A stretch of DNA of 34,740 nucleotides from Rhodospirillaceae bacterium. Lineage in GTDB: Bacteria; Pseudomonadota; Alphaproteobacteria; UBA11136. Of this stretch, positions 16,555 to 26,823 are shown piece after piece. The stretch covers positions 1 to 34,740 of the forward strand of contig JABJES010000052.1 in the NCBI GenBank assembly GCA_018663165.1, given 5' to 3'. The notes beneath the pieces were generated by a model. The model did not search any database. It was given only the letters and a program-made list of their open reading frames with translations, and was not told the DNA's origin. The stretch's first letter is position 1; each line of letters opens with the position of its first letter. The position numbers and the translations under genes were made by a program.

Positions 16555-17496
16555 ATGCGATTTGCCGTTCCGATTTTAGGCTTTCTTCTTATTGGCATCG
16601 TGATCGTCTTCGCCATTTCCTTCTCCGAGCCCGATTTGAGCAATTTAGCCCAAATCCATTCGGATAAATCATCACAATCGGATGGGAACAATGAGGCGTC
16701 CATGGCCGCTGATGGGACAGCGGAAATAGTCTTCGGGTTCGACCCCCGCGCCCGCGCCGAGGAGGACGCCCGGCAGTACCTTCCGTTTCTGACCTATTTG
16801 GAACAGGCGACCGGCTACCGCTTCAAATTGCGCTTCACGCCCAAAGGCCACGAGATCCACGATGATCTCGGCAAAAACGTCGTTCATCTGGCCGCCATCG
16901 GCGCCGTCAGCTTCCTCAAAGCCCAGGATAAGTACGGCGCACGGCCCATGGCCCGGGGACTCAATCATGACAACAAGGCCGCCTACCAATCAATGATCGT
17001 GGTCGGGAACAACAGCGATATCCGGGAGATCGGCGATCTGCATGGCCGGACCATGGCGTTCGGCAGCGTCAACTCGACCCAGGGGCATTTTCTGCCCCGG
17101 ATCGCGCTTAACGAACACGGCATCGAGATCGAGGATCTGGCAAGCCACAAATTCACCGGCTCTCACCACGATTGTGCCAATGCGGTTCTTTCAGGCACCC
17201 ATGAGGCCTGCGGCCTGCAGGACACCATGGCCAGGGATCTGGCGGCCGCTAACCAGCTCCGGATCATCTATACCTCGCCCTATTATCCTTCCAGCGGAAT
17301 CGCCGCGTCAAAATCCCTACCCGACGAAGTTTTCCTCAAGATTCAGCAGGCCTTGATCGACTTTGATCCCCAGAGCCTCCACACCGACGGTCTCTATAAC
17401 TGGGACAAGACCGAGATGCCGAACGGCTTTGAGAAAGCCACACCTCAGGATTACGAGGCGTTCCGGGATCAGATGGCCACCCTCGGCCTCCTCTGA
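16555..17496 (+). CDS. PhnD-like (phosphonate-binding family) periplasmic binding protein with N-terminal membrane anchor
   Basis: TM anchor FAVPILGFLLIGIVIVFAI. PhnD-family pattern YLPFLTYLEQATGY, HLAAIGAVSF, YQSMIVV, DLHGRTMAFGSVNSTQGHFLP, FTGSHHDCANAVLSG. The frame is also open from TTG 16537. Confidence 0.78.
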   Translation: MRFAVPILGFLLIGIVIVFAISFSEPDLSNLAQIHSDKSSQSDGNNEASMAADGTAEIVFGFDPRARAEEDARQYLPFLTYLEQATGYRFKLRFTPKGHEIHDDLGKNVVHLAAIGAVSFLKAQDKYGARPMARGLNHDNKAAYQSMIVVGNNSDIREIGDLHGRTMAFGSVNSTQGHFLPRIALNEHGIEIEDLASHKFTGSHHDCANAVLSGTHEACGLQDTMARDLAAANQLRIIYTSPYYPSSGIAASKSLPDEVFLKIQQALIDFDPQSLHTDGLYNWDKTEMPNGFEKATPQDYEAFRDQMATLGLL

Positions 17497-17534
17497 GCCA
17501 GGCCGACGAGCGAACCCCTTAATAGATTGGACCC

Positions 17535-19038
<1,504 letters not shown>

Positions 19039-19077
19039 ATATGTGGGTCAAGCGGAAGACCGCTTGATGTGGGCGGG

Positions 19078-19106
19078 AAAATAGGTACGTGCGGCGAACG
19101 AGGCAA
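19078..19106 (-). promoter_or_regulatory. candidate sigma70-type promoter for tRNA-Ala
   Basis: On the minus strand: TTGCCT (19106-19101), a 17-nt spacer, then TATTTT (19083-19078). It lies about 40 nt upstream of the tRNA 5' end. Confidence 0.4.
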
Positions 19107-19138
19107 GCTAAAAGTGACCCGGCCTTATTCCCGCCGCC

Positions 19139-19516
19139 TTAGTCCTTGCTCTCGCTTTCGACTTTCCCGACCACTTCGGACAAATCGTCATCGTCGGCGG
19201 CCAGTTCCGCAGCAGCGGCAAGAGGATCATCGTCGGCGGCGGCGTCATCGCCGTCGCCGTCGCCGTCGCCATCGACCGGCAACAGACCGCCTTCATCCTT
19301 CTCGGGCCCATCTTCGGTCGTCTCAACAGGATCCTTGGCTGCGGGCGGGGCAGCTTTTTCGGCCGCCGGCGGACGGGAGCGGCGGGATTTCAACCCCGGT
19401 TCGGGATCAAGGGTTTCGCCGCATTTCGGGCAGATGATAGGATCTTTTTTCAGATCATAGAAACGAGCGCCGCAACCTTGGCAATTCCGCTTCTGTCCCC
19501 ATTCGGGTTTAGACAC
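19139..19516 (-). CDS. TIGR02300 (FYDLN_acid) zinc-ribbon protein with acidic tail
   Basis: CQGCGARFYDLKKDPIICPKCG followed by an Asp-rich C-terminus. GTG 19516 lies behind GGAGG. The longer track ORF (to 19606) adds a non-conserved-looking N-terminus. Confidence 0.8.
   Translation of the reverse strand: MSKPEWGQKRNCQGCGARFYDLKKDPIICPKCGETLDPEPGLKSRRSRPPAAEKAAPPAAKDPVETTEDGPEKDEGGLLPVDGDGDGDGDDAAADDDPLAAAAELAADDDDLSEVVGKVESESKD
19250..19270. repeat. coding hexanucleotide repeat (GCCGTC)x3 plus GCC
   Basis: Located inside the TIGR02300 gene. It encodes DGDGDGDG on the minus strand. Confidence 0.9.
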
Positions 19517-19746
19517 TGGCAACGCCTCCAATCCAGTCTGTATTTCTTTAATTAAGGTGGTCTTTCCCAAAAATAGCGCTTGATGAAAAAACACCCTGAA
19601 CGCCAATTGCCATGATCGGCAGGGCCTGTCAAAACGAAAATGCGCTTAAATGATAAAAACCCTTTTCTGGTGAGGAAAGATCGAGTCGTGCTAGAGAGAA
19701 CAATAATGACCCTGCAACAGCCCTTTGCCATGGAAAGGGAACGATC

Positions 19747-21075
19747 TTGACACTCACGCGCGCCACCCGCGCGGACGCCTTGAGCGGCCGGTTTCGCCCC
19801 CCTGGGGATAAATCTATTTCCCACCGCGCTTTGATGCTGGGTGCGATTTCCATCGGGTTGACGCGAATTTCCGGCCTGCTTGAGAGCGCCGATGTGCTGG
19901 CAACAGCAAACGCCCTTGAGAGCCTTGGCGCTGGAATAAAGCGCGACGGCGACGATTGGCTGGTCGAGGGGTGCGGAATTGGCGGCCTCAAGGCACCGGT
20001 CGATGTGCTCAATATGGGCAATTCCGGCACCGGGGCGCGGCTTCTCATGGGAATTATCGCCAGCCACCCCTTTAGCACCATCGTCAGTGGCGACGCCTCC
20101 CTGAACGAACGGCCGATGGGCCGCATCATTGAGCCCCTGACCCAGATGGGGGCGACGTTTGAGGCCCGTGACGGCGGGCGGCTGCCGCTAACTCTGAAAG
20201 GGGCGACAAGCCCTCTACCCCTGACCTATACCCTTCCCGTCCCCTCGGCCCAGGTCAAATCGGCGATCCTGCTGGCGGCGCTGAATACCCCCGGTGAGAC
20301 GACAATTACAGAGCCTATCCCCTGCCGCGACCACACTGAACGTATGCTCGCCCATTTCGGGGCCGATTTACATCTCAAGGCCGATGCCGATGGACGACGG
20401 ATCATACTGCGGGGTGAACGCGAATTAACGGGCCGCCCGGTCCACGTGCCCGCCGATCCCAGTTCGGCTGCCTTTCCCCTTGTCGCCGCCCTGATCTGCC
20501 CCGGCTCCCAGATCACCCTTGAAGGAATCTGCGCCAACCCCTTAAGAACCGGGCTTTTTGATACATTGCGCGAGATGGGTGCCGATATCGCTTTCGGACC
20601 GGCTCAAGAGCAAGACGGCGAGCCGGTGACCGACATCACCTGCCGCGCCTCCACCCTCAAGGGGATCACGGTGCCGCCTGAGCGCGCCCCGGCAATGATT
20701 GACGAATACCCGGTGCTTGCCATTGCCGCAGCGATGGCCAAAGGAACCACCACAATGCGCGGTCTTGGCGAGCTTCGGATCAAGGAAAGCGACCGCCTTG
20801 CCGCCATGGCCAAGGGCCTTGCCGCCTGTGGTGTCGACGTCGAAGAGCTCGATGACGGGCTTATCATCCACGGCAAGGGCAATATTCCCGGCGGCGCAAA
20901 GGTCGAAAGCCACCTTGATCACCGCATCGCCATGTCCTTTCTGGTTCTCGGGATTGCGGCTGAAAACCCCGTCGAAATTACCGGCGGGGCCACCATCGAC
21001 ACCAGTTTTCCCGGCTTTGCCAAGGCCATGAACGGGCTCGGCGCACATATTACGGAGGAGAAGACGAGCCCATGA
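19747..21075 (+). CDS. aroA: 3-phosphoshikimate 1-carboxyvinyltransferase (EPSP synthase), class II
   Basis: 442 aa. PPGDKSISHR, SAQVKSAILLAALN, DHRIAMSF. Alignable by eye to the Agrobacterium CP4-type enzyme. TTG 19747 is the first start after an in-frame stop, and AAGGGA lies 6 nt upstream. Confidence 0.95.
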   Translation: MTLTRATRADALSGRFRPPGDKSISHRALMLGAISIGLTRISGLLESADVLATANALESLGAGIKRDGDDWLVEGCGIGGLKAPVDVLNMGNSGTGARLLMGIIASHPFSTIVSGDASLNERPMGRIIEPLTQMGATFEARDGGRLPLTLKGATSPLPLTYTLPVPSAQVKSAILLAALNTPGETTITEPIPCRDHTERMLAHFGADLHLKADADGRRIILRGERELTGRPVHVPADPSSAAFPLVAALICPGSQITLEGICANPLRTGLFDTLREMGADIAFGPAQEQDGEPVTDITCRASTLKGITVPPERAPAMIDEYPVLAIAAAMAKGTTTMRGLGELRIKESDRLAAMAKGLAACGVDVEELDDGLIIHGKGNIPGGAKVESHLDHRIAMSFLVLGIAAENPVEITGGATIDTSFPGFAKAMNGLGAHITEEKTSP

Positions 21076-21725
21076 TACCGGTTATCGCCATTGACGGCCC
21101 AGCTGCGGCGGGCAAAGGAACCCTTGCCCGCCGGATTGCCGAAACCTACGGCTTCGCCTATCTCGACACCGGCCTGCTCTATCGCGCCACCGGCTGGAAG
21201 GTTTTATCGGCCGGAGATGACCCCGAAAACCCCGAAAGCGCCCTGAAAGGGGCCCAAACGCTGGCACCTGACGACCTCGACAATCCAGAGTTACGGGGCG
21301 ATGAAACGGCCCAGGCAGCCTCGAAAGTGGCGGCGATCCCATCGGTTCGCGCCGCTTTGCTTGATTTTCAGCGAAATTTTGCCGAACACCCGCCAACAGG
21401 CGCAAAAGGGGCGGTAATCGACGGTCGCGACATCGGTACGGTGGTTTTTCCAGCGACACCTTACAAATTGTTCATTATCGCCGCCCTCGAGGTCCGCGCC
21501 GAGCGGCGTCTTAAAGAGTTGCGGCAACGCGGTATCGAGAGTATACATGCCCGCGTTCTGCAGGATATGAAGGACCGTGACGCTCGCGATAGCCAGCGTG
21601 ACATTGCACCGTTGGCGAAAGCGGAAGATGCTTTCCAGATAGATACAACGGAGATGGATGCGGAATCTGTGTTTTCCGCCGCCCTTTCATATCTCGTGTC
21701 GAGAAGCCTTAAACCAGCGTCCTGA
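21072..21725 (+). CDS. cmk: cytidylate kinase
   Basis: P-loop IAIDGPAAAGKGT, then YLDTGLLYR and IDGRDIGTVVFP. ATGA overlap with the aroA stop. Confidence 0.93.
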   Translation: MIPVIAIDGPAAAGKGTLARRIAETYGFAYLDTGLLYRATGWKVLSAGDDPENPESALKGAQTLAPDDLDNPELRGDETAQAASKVAAIPSVRAALLDFQRNFAEHPPTGAKGAVIDGRDIGTVVFPATPYKLFIIAALEVRAERRLKELRQRGIESIHARVLQDMKDRDARDSQRDIAPLAKAEDAFQIDTTEMDAESVFSAALSYLVSRSLKPAS

Positions 21726-21747
21726 CACCCTTCCAGCAGAACCAACG

Positions 21748-21790
21748 AAACCGCCGTTGCCGCCCCAACAAGGGACGGACGGTTTTTTTA
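21748..21790 (+). terminator. rho-independent terminator after cmk
   Basis: AAACCGCCGT (21748-21757) pairs with ACGGACGGTTT (21775-21785), leaving one bulge. A T7 run follows. Confidence 0.65.
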
Positions 21791-21888
21791 ACCAGGGCCA
21801 GCGAGGGAAGCGATGGCCCACAGCAACGTAAACCCGTCACCCGCAAGGGATTTTATACGGTTTTACGCTTTTGATTTTAGGAATAAAC

Positions 21889-23670
21889 ATGTCTGAATCG
21901 ACGACCACCCAAGACGCCTTTGCCATGCCGGAAGGCTTTGCGCCTGATGAAATTTTTGCCGATCTTCTCGATGAAACCTTCGGTGCCAACACATCCATCG
22001 AAGGTTCCGTAATCACCGGACGTGTGATCCAGATTTCCAACGACATGGTCCTGGTGGACGTCGGCCTCAAGGCCGAGGGAAATATCCCGCTCAAGGAATT
22101 TGCGACACCCGGCGAGGACGTCATCCTCAAACCCGGCGACAGCGTTGATGTCTTTGTCGAGCGCATCGAGAACAAGGGCGGCGAAGCCCTTCTCAGCCGC
22201 GAAAAAGCGCGCCGTGAAGAAGCCTGGACCCAGCTTGAGAAGTCCTTTGAAGATGAAGAACGAGTGACCGGCGTTATCTTCGGTCGCGTCAAGGGCGGTT
22301 TTACCGTCGATCTTTCCGGCGCCGTCGCCTTCTTGCCCGGCAGCCAGGTCGATATCCGTCCGGTCCGCGACATTACGCCGCTTCTCAACACCCCCCAGCC
22401 TTTCCAGATTCTCAAGATGGATCGCAAGCGCGGTAATATCGTCGTCTCAAGACGCGCCGTTCTTGAAGAATCCCGGGCCGAACAACGCTCTGAGCTTATT
22501 TCCCAACTCAGCGAAGGTCAGGTACTCGACGGCGTGGTCAAGAACATCACCGATTACGGCGCTTTCGTCGATCTCGGCGGAGTCGATGGCCTGCTGCATG
22601 TAACCGACATCGCCTGGCGGCGCATCAACCACCCGAGCGAAGTTCTGGCCATCGGTCAGACCGTCAAGGTCAAGGTTATCCGCTTTAATTCCGAAACCCA
22701 GCGCATCAGCCTCGGCATGAAACAGCTTGAGCCTGATCCCTGGGAAGGCGTCGACGCCAAATACCCGGTTGGCACCAAATTCTCCGGTCGGGTGACCAAC
22801 ATCACCGATTACGGTGCCTTCGTCGAACTTGAGCCCGGCATTGAAGGCCTCGTCCACGTCTCCGAAATGAGCTGGACGAAAAAGAACATCCATCCTGGAA
22901 AACTCATCTCTACGAGCCAGGAAGTCGAAGTCATGGTTCTTGACGTCGATGCGGAAAAACGCCGGATCAGCCTTGGCCTGAAACAGTGTGGCGATAACCC
23001 CTGGGTTAACTTCGCCGATACCCATCCCGCCGGCACCGAGCTTGAAGGCGAGATCAAGAACATCACTGAATTCGGTCTGTTTGTCGGCCTGCCCGGCAAT
23101 ATCGACGGCATGGTCCACCTTTCCGACCTCGACTGGTCACGTTCCGGCGAAGAAGCCGTTACCGACTACACCAAGGCCGACATGATCAAGGTCAAGGTGC
23201 TCGAAGTCGACACGGCCAAGGAGCGGGTCAGCCTCGGTGTCAAACAGCTTTCCGAAGACCCCGGCGAACATGCCATGGACGAGATCAAAAAGGGCTCTGT
23301 CGTCACCTGCACCGTGACCGCGGTTGAGGAGAACGGCCTGGTGGTTGATCTTGAAGGCGGGTTGAGCGGCTATATCCGCAAGGCCGACCTTTCCAAGGAA
23401 CGCAGCGAACAACGCCCTGATCGCTTTGCTGTCGGTGAACGCATCGATGCCAAAATAATCAAGCTCGACCGCAAGGACCGCAAGGTCAATCTGTCGGTCA
23501 AGGCACGGGAAACGGCCGAGGAAAAGGAAGCCATGGCCCAGTACGGTTCCTCGGATTCCGGTGCCAGCCTCGGTGATATCTTAGGCGCGGCCATGGAAGC
23601 CAAAAAGGATACTTCGGACACACCCGAAGAGGCGGAAAAGGACGACGAAGAAGACACCAAAGAGGCTTAA
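21889..23670 (+). CDS. rpsA: 30S ribosomal protein S1
   Basis: Six S1 repeats (for example GRVTNITDYGAFVELEPGIEGLVHVSE). ATG 21889 is preferred over the track start 21871. U-rich leader with only a weak SD. Acidic C-terminal tail. Confidence 0.96.
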   Translation: MSESTTTQDAFAMPEGFAPDEIFADLLDETFGANTSIEGSVITGRVIQISNDMVLVDVGLKAEGNIPLKEFATPGEDVILKPGDSVDVFVERIENKGGEALLSREKARREEAWTQLEKSFEDEERVTGVIFGRVKGGFTVDLSGAVAFLPGSQVDIRPVRDITPLLNTPQPFQILKMDRKRGNIVVSRRAVLEESRAEQRSELISQLSEGQVLDGVVKNITDYGAFVDLGGVDGLLHVTDIAWRRINHPSEVLAIGQTVKVKVIRFNSETQRISLGMKQLEPDPWEGVDAKYPVGTKFSGRVTNITDYGAFVELEPGIEGLVHVSEMSWTKKNIHPGKLISTSQEVEVMVLDVDAEKRRISLGLKQCGDNPWVNFADTHPAGTELEGEIKNITEFGLFVGLPGNIDGMVHLSDLDWSRSGEEAVTDYTKADMIKVKVLEVDTAKERVSLGVKQLSEDPGEHAMDEIKKGSVVTCTVTAVEENGLVVDLEGGLSGYIRKADLSKERSEQRPDRFAVGERIDAKIIKLDRKDRKVNLSVKARETAEEKEAMAQYGSSDSGASLGDILGAAMEAKKDTSDTPEEAEKDDEEDTKEA

Positions 23671-23729
23671 ACCCTCTCCACCTCTGGGCTTGTTCTTATT
23701 GCCCGGTCGTCTAGACCCAAGGAAACGAC

Positions 23730-24635
23730 ATGCCACTGACAAGTGACAGTCTAATTGATCGCCGTCGCCTGAAGCGCCATCTCATTTTGTGGCGCGGGGC
23801 GGCGGTGTTCGCCGTTCTTGGCCTGCTGATCGCCCTTGTTGGTGAAAAAGGTGAGCTTCGCCGCAGCGACCAGCTTGCCCGAATCACCATAAACGGCGTC
23901 ATCGCCGGTGATCTCGACCGCGAAAAATCCCTCTATGATTTACCGCAAGACGAGAGCACCAAAGCGCTGATCGTTCATATCGACAGCCCCGGCGGCACCG
24001 TTGTCGGCGGCGAATCCCTTTACCACGCCCTGCGCTATGTCAGCGAACACATGCCTGTCGTCATCGTCATGGACGAAATCGCCACCAGTGCTGGCTATAT
24101 GACAGCAATTGCCGGTGACCGGATTTTTGCCCGCGAAGGAACGCTGACCGGCTCTATCGGCGTTATCTGGCAGACCACCAACGTCAAGGGCCTGCTGGAA
24201 AAATTCGGCATCCAGACGGACGCCATCAAGAGCGGTAAGATGAAGGCCGAGCCCTCACCCTTTGAGCCGATGACGCAAGAAGTCCGCGAAGAGACGGAAA
24301 AGCTGGTTCTCAACATTTTTGATATGTTCATCGCCATGGTCGTCGAACGCCGCCGCATAACGCCCTCAGAGGTTAATAAAATCGCCGATGGCCGTGTCTT
24401 TACTGGGCTGAAAGCCATGGAGATCAACCTGGTGGACGAGATCGGTGGAGAACGCGAAGCCATCGCCTGGCTGGAAAGTGAGAAATCAATTGAAGCGGAC
24501 CTCCCCATCCACGACTTCAAAATCAAGCGAGAAGAACAAATATGGGAGCCCTTCCTGTCCTCCATGTTCGGAAAAACGATGTTTTCAGAGAGGGTTAGAC
24601 TTGACGGCCTGATCTCCCTCTGGCACGCTGAGTGA
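23730..24635 (+). CDS. sppA: signal peptide peptidase SppA, 36K type
   Basis: 301 aa. N-terminal TM segment. IDSPGGTVVGGE and ATSAGYMTAIAGDRIFAREGTLTGSIGVI (ClpP/crotonase fold). SD AAGGAAA. Confidence 0.88.
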   Translation: MPLTSDSLIDRRRLKRHLILWRGAAVFAVLGLLIALVGEKGELRRSDQLARITINGVIAGDLDREKSLYDLPQDESTKALIVHIDSPGGTVVGGESLYHALRYVSEHMPVVIVMDEIATSAGYMTAIAGDRIFAREGTLTGSIGVIWQTTNVKGLLEKFGIQTDAIKSGKMKAEPSPFEPMTQEVREETEKLVLNIFDMFIAMVVERRRITPSEVNKIADGRVFTGLKAMEINLVDEIGGEREAIAWLESEKSIEADLPIHDFKIKREEQIWEPFLSSMFGKTMFSERVRLDGLISLWHAE

Positions 24636-24738
24636 GGTTGAGGGGGGAAGGCCCGCCGGAGATGTTGGTGCTGATTGCGCTGTGCATCTTTCGACAGCCG
24701 CCTGAATTAAGAATCGAGAATTTAAGGGGAAGGGATTT

Positions 24739-25023
24739 ATGACTAAATCCGAGCTTATTGCCCGTATAGCGGAAAAGAACCCGCACCTTTTTCACCGCGA
24801 CGTTGAGCGGATTGTCGCCACCATTTTCGAAGAAATTTCGAGTGCCCTTTCAGGCGGCGACCGGGTTGAACTGCGCGGCTTTGGTGCCTTTTCCGTCAAA
24901 CGCCGAGACGCCCGCATCGGTCGCAACCCGCGGACCGGCGAAACCGTCCGCGTTCAGGAAAAACACATTCCCTATTTCAAGACCGGCAAAGAACTCCGCG
25001 AACGCTTGAACGGCAAGGTCTGA
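24739..25023 (+). CDS. ihfB: integration host factor subunit beta
   Basis: MTKSELI...[29 protein letters not shown]...[15 protein letters not shown] closely parallels E. coli IhfB. Confidence 0.93.
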   Translation: MTKSELIARIAEKNPHLFHRDVERIVATIFEEISSALSGGDRVELRGFGAFSVKRRDARIGRNPRTGETVRVQEKHIPYFKTGKELRERLNGKV

Positions 25024-25060
25024 CCTTCCACCCCCCCATCCCGGTTTCAACCAAGGTTTT

Positions 25061-25498
25061 ATGACCGTGCGCATTTTAACCTGGTTCATTCTCTTCCCCC
25101 TTCTGGTGATCGCCGTGGTTTTCGCTGTCGGCAACCGGGGGGAAATGATCTTTGACTTTTATCCGCTCCCCCTGACCCTGGCCCTGCCCGTCTATGCTGG
25201 CGTCTTTATTACCGTTTTTCTCGGGTTTATCGCTGGCAGCATCGTCTGCTGGCTGTCCCAGGGAAAGTGGCGGCGGCTGGCGCGCCAGCGCAAGCGCCGG
25301 ATCGCAGAGCTTGAGCGCGACCTCATCGCGACCCAGACGGAAGAAACAAAAAAAACGCCCTCGGATAAAGCCCGGTCAACGGTGCCTATCGTCAGGGAGG
25401 CGCTGGAAATCCTCCCCGTTATCCCCGTCACTGCCCCACCGACCGAGGCCACACCGGGCACCACGCCTACCAGCTCGCCGGGAAAACCCGCAGCCTAA
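25061..25498 (+). CDS. LapA-domain (DUF1049) inner-membrane protein with Pro/Thr-rich tail
   Basis: Two TM helices followed by WRRLARQRKRRIAELERDL, typical of LPS assembly protein LapA. Position after ihfB. Confidence 0.7.
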   Translation: MTVRILTWFILFPLLVIAVVFAVGNRGEMIFDFYPLPLTLALPVYAGVFITVFLGFIAGSIVCWLSQGKWRRLARQRKRRIAELERDLIATQTEETKKTPSDKARSTVPIVREALEILPVIPVTAPPTEATPGTTPTSSPGKPAA

Positions 25499-25511
25499 GA
25501 CAAAGCTCTCC

Positions 25512-25546
25512 GCATAAATAAAAACCTCCTTGATAGATCAAGGAGG
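25512..25546 (-). terminator. rho-independent terminator of the minus-strand small ORF
   Basis: Perfect 9-bp stem CCTCCTTGA-taga-TCAAGGAGG (25525-25546). On the minus strand it is followed by TTTTTATTTAT. Confidence 0.7.
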
Positions 25547-25584
25547 CAACCGAAAACGGCGGCATTTTTAAGCGATCGGGTGGC

Positions 25585-25782
25585 TCAGATGGTGACGTTC
25601 AGCTTATTACCGCGCAGGCGGCGCGGCGGTATCGGGGGGCCGCTCTTTTCGGGAGGCTCAAGCGCCACATCCAGGTCAGTATCGGCCACCTTTTCCTCAA
25701 GGTTGAGAGACTTTTTCGCCACCGAAGTACCTGCCGCTTGTGCAGCCGCGGATGTTTGAGCCGGGTTTACGCCGTCAACCAT
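25585..25782 (-). CDS. small hypothetical protein (65 aa)
   Basis: ATG 25782 lies 8 nt after GGAGG, and the gene has its own terminator downstream. MVDGVNPAQTSAAAQAAG...PPIPPRRLRGNKLNVTI. I recognise no family. Confidence 0.5.
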   Translation of the reverse strand: MVDGVNPAQTSAAAQAAGTSVAKKSLNLEEKVADTDLDVALEPPEKSGPPIPPRRLRGNKLNVTI

Positions 25783-25968
25783 ATGATCATCCTCCAAGGG
25801 TCGTTCAAATCGCAAGAGCCCCACTTGAGGCCTGAGGATTTAACGCCCCGATTATCACATCGTTCTAAATTCTAGCCTGAACCGTTAAAAAAGTCACTAT
25901 TTTCGGTTTTTTCCCCTAATCGACGTAAAAAACAAGGCCTTTTCCCCTCTGAGCCGTTGCAGTTTGCG

Positions 25969-25989
25969 TAAATCGCCTTAAAATCGCCT
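25969..25989. repeat. tandem direct repeat TAAATCGCCT / TAAAATCGCCT
   Basis: Copies at 25969-25978 and 25979-25989, about 70 nt upstream of the carbonic anhydrase ATG. Confidence 0.85.
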
Positions 25990-26056
25990 CACTGTCGGGC
26001 TAAAGGTGCCCTTAAACCTTTTCGCCGCCCCAATTAGGCCTCAACGAAAGAAAAAA

Positions 26057-26725
26057 ATGCGCGAAATTGACCGACTGGTTGCCGGATTTAAAGCTTTCCG
26101 CCGCGAACACTTCGAAGAAAACCGCGATAACTTTCGCGATCTGGCAGAAAAAGGCCAGGCCCCAAAAATCCTCATTATTGCCTGTTCGGATTCGAGGGTC
26201 GATCCCGCCATCATCACTCAGGCCGCACCCGGCGATCTTTTCGTCGTCCGCAACGTCGCCAACCTCGTCCCCCCTTGTGAGGGTGAGGATAGCGGCCATT
26301 ATCACGGCACCAGCGCAGCGCTGGACTTCGCCGTGCGCGATCTCAGCGTCCGTCATATCATCGTCATCGGCCATGCCAGATGCGGCGGCATTGAGGCCCT
26401 TATCACAACCCCCGTGGGAGCCGCGCCAAAGGGCTTTATCGGCAATTGGGTCAGCATCGCCAGTGCCGCGCGAGACAAGGTTTTGCAGGAAATGCCCACG
26501 GCCTCATTGGCGGAAAAAACAGACGCCTGTGAAAAAGAGGGGATTAAATCCTCCCTGGCCAATCTGATGACCTTTCCGTGGGTTGCGGAAAAAGTCACCG
26601 CCGGAGAACTGATGTTGCACGGCTGGTATTTTGACCTCAACGCGGGAACGCTTCTGGCCCTTGACCCTAAAAACGATGCGTTCCACCCCATCGAGACCCT
26701 TTTTCCAGACGCCGAAATAGACTAA
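26057..26725 (+). CDS. beta-class carbonic anhydrase
   Basis: Zn-ligand motifs CSDSRVDP and GHARCGG, plus VVRNVANLVPP. ATG 26057 is preferred over the GTG 26006 track start. Confidence 0.9.
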   Translation: MREIDRLVAGFKAFRREHFEENRDNFRDLAEKGQAPKILIIACSDSRVDPAIITQAAPGDLFVVRNVANLVPPCEGEDSGHYHGTSAALDFAVRDLSVRHIIVIGHARCGGIEALITTPVGAAPKGFIGNWVSIASAARDKVLQEMPTASLAEKTDACEKEGIKSSLANLMTFPWVAEKVTAGELMLHGWYFDLNAGTLLALDPKNDAFHPIETLFPDAEID

Positions 26726-26823
26726 AATACAGGGCGGTCTTGCTTTCGGGACGGACGGCGAACCTTGCCTAAAATCCGGGGATGACGTATCTCCCTCCTA
26801 CATCGTTCAAACAAGGATTTTCC

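Noticed and set aside
16734-16748. T-arm-like CGGGTTCGACCCCCG, considered as a tRNA fragment or att-site repeat marking an island boundary.
   Set aside because: It lies in-frame within the PhnD-like gene (FGFDPRA). It has the opposite orientation to tRNA-Ala. It shares only the generic GTTCGA core, not the tRNA-Ala 3' sequence.
19517-19606. Longer version (155 aa) of the TIGR02300 zinc-ribbon ORF.
   Set aside because: The extra N-terminal residues look non-protein-like. GTG 19516 behind GGAGG starts right at the conserved VSKPEWGQKR...FYDL core.
19706-19750. 14-codon uORF (MTLQQPFAMERERS) whose TGA overlaps the aroA TTG start (TTGA).
   Set aside because: The uORF has only a weak purine tract as an RBS, whereas aroA has its own AAGGGA 6 nt upstream. 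A chance ORF is the simpler explanation.
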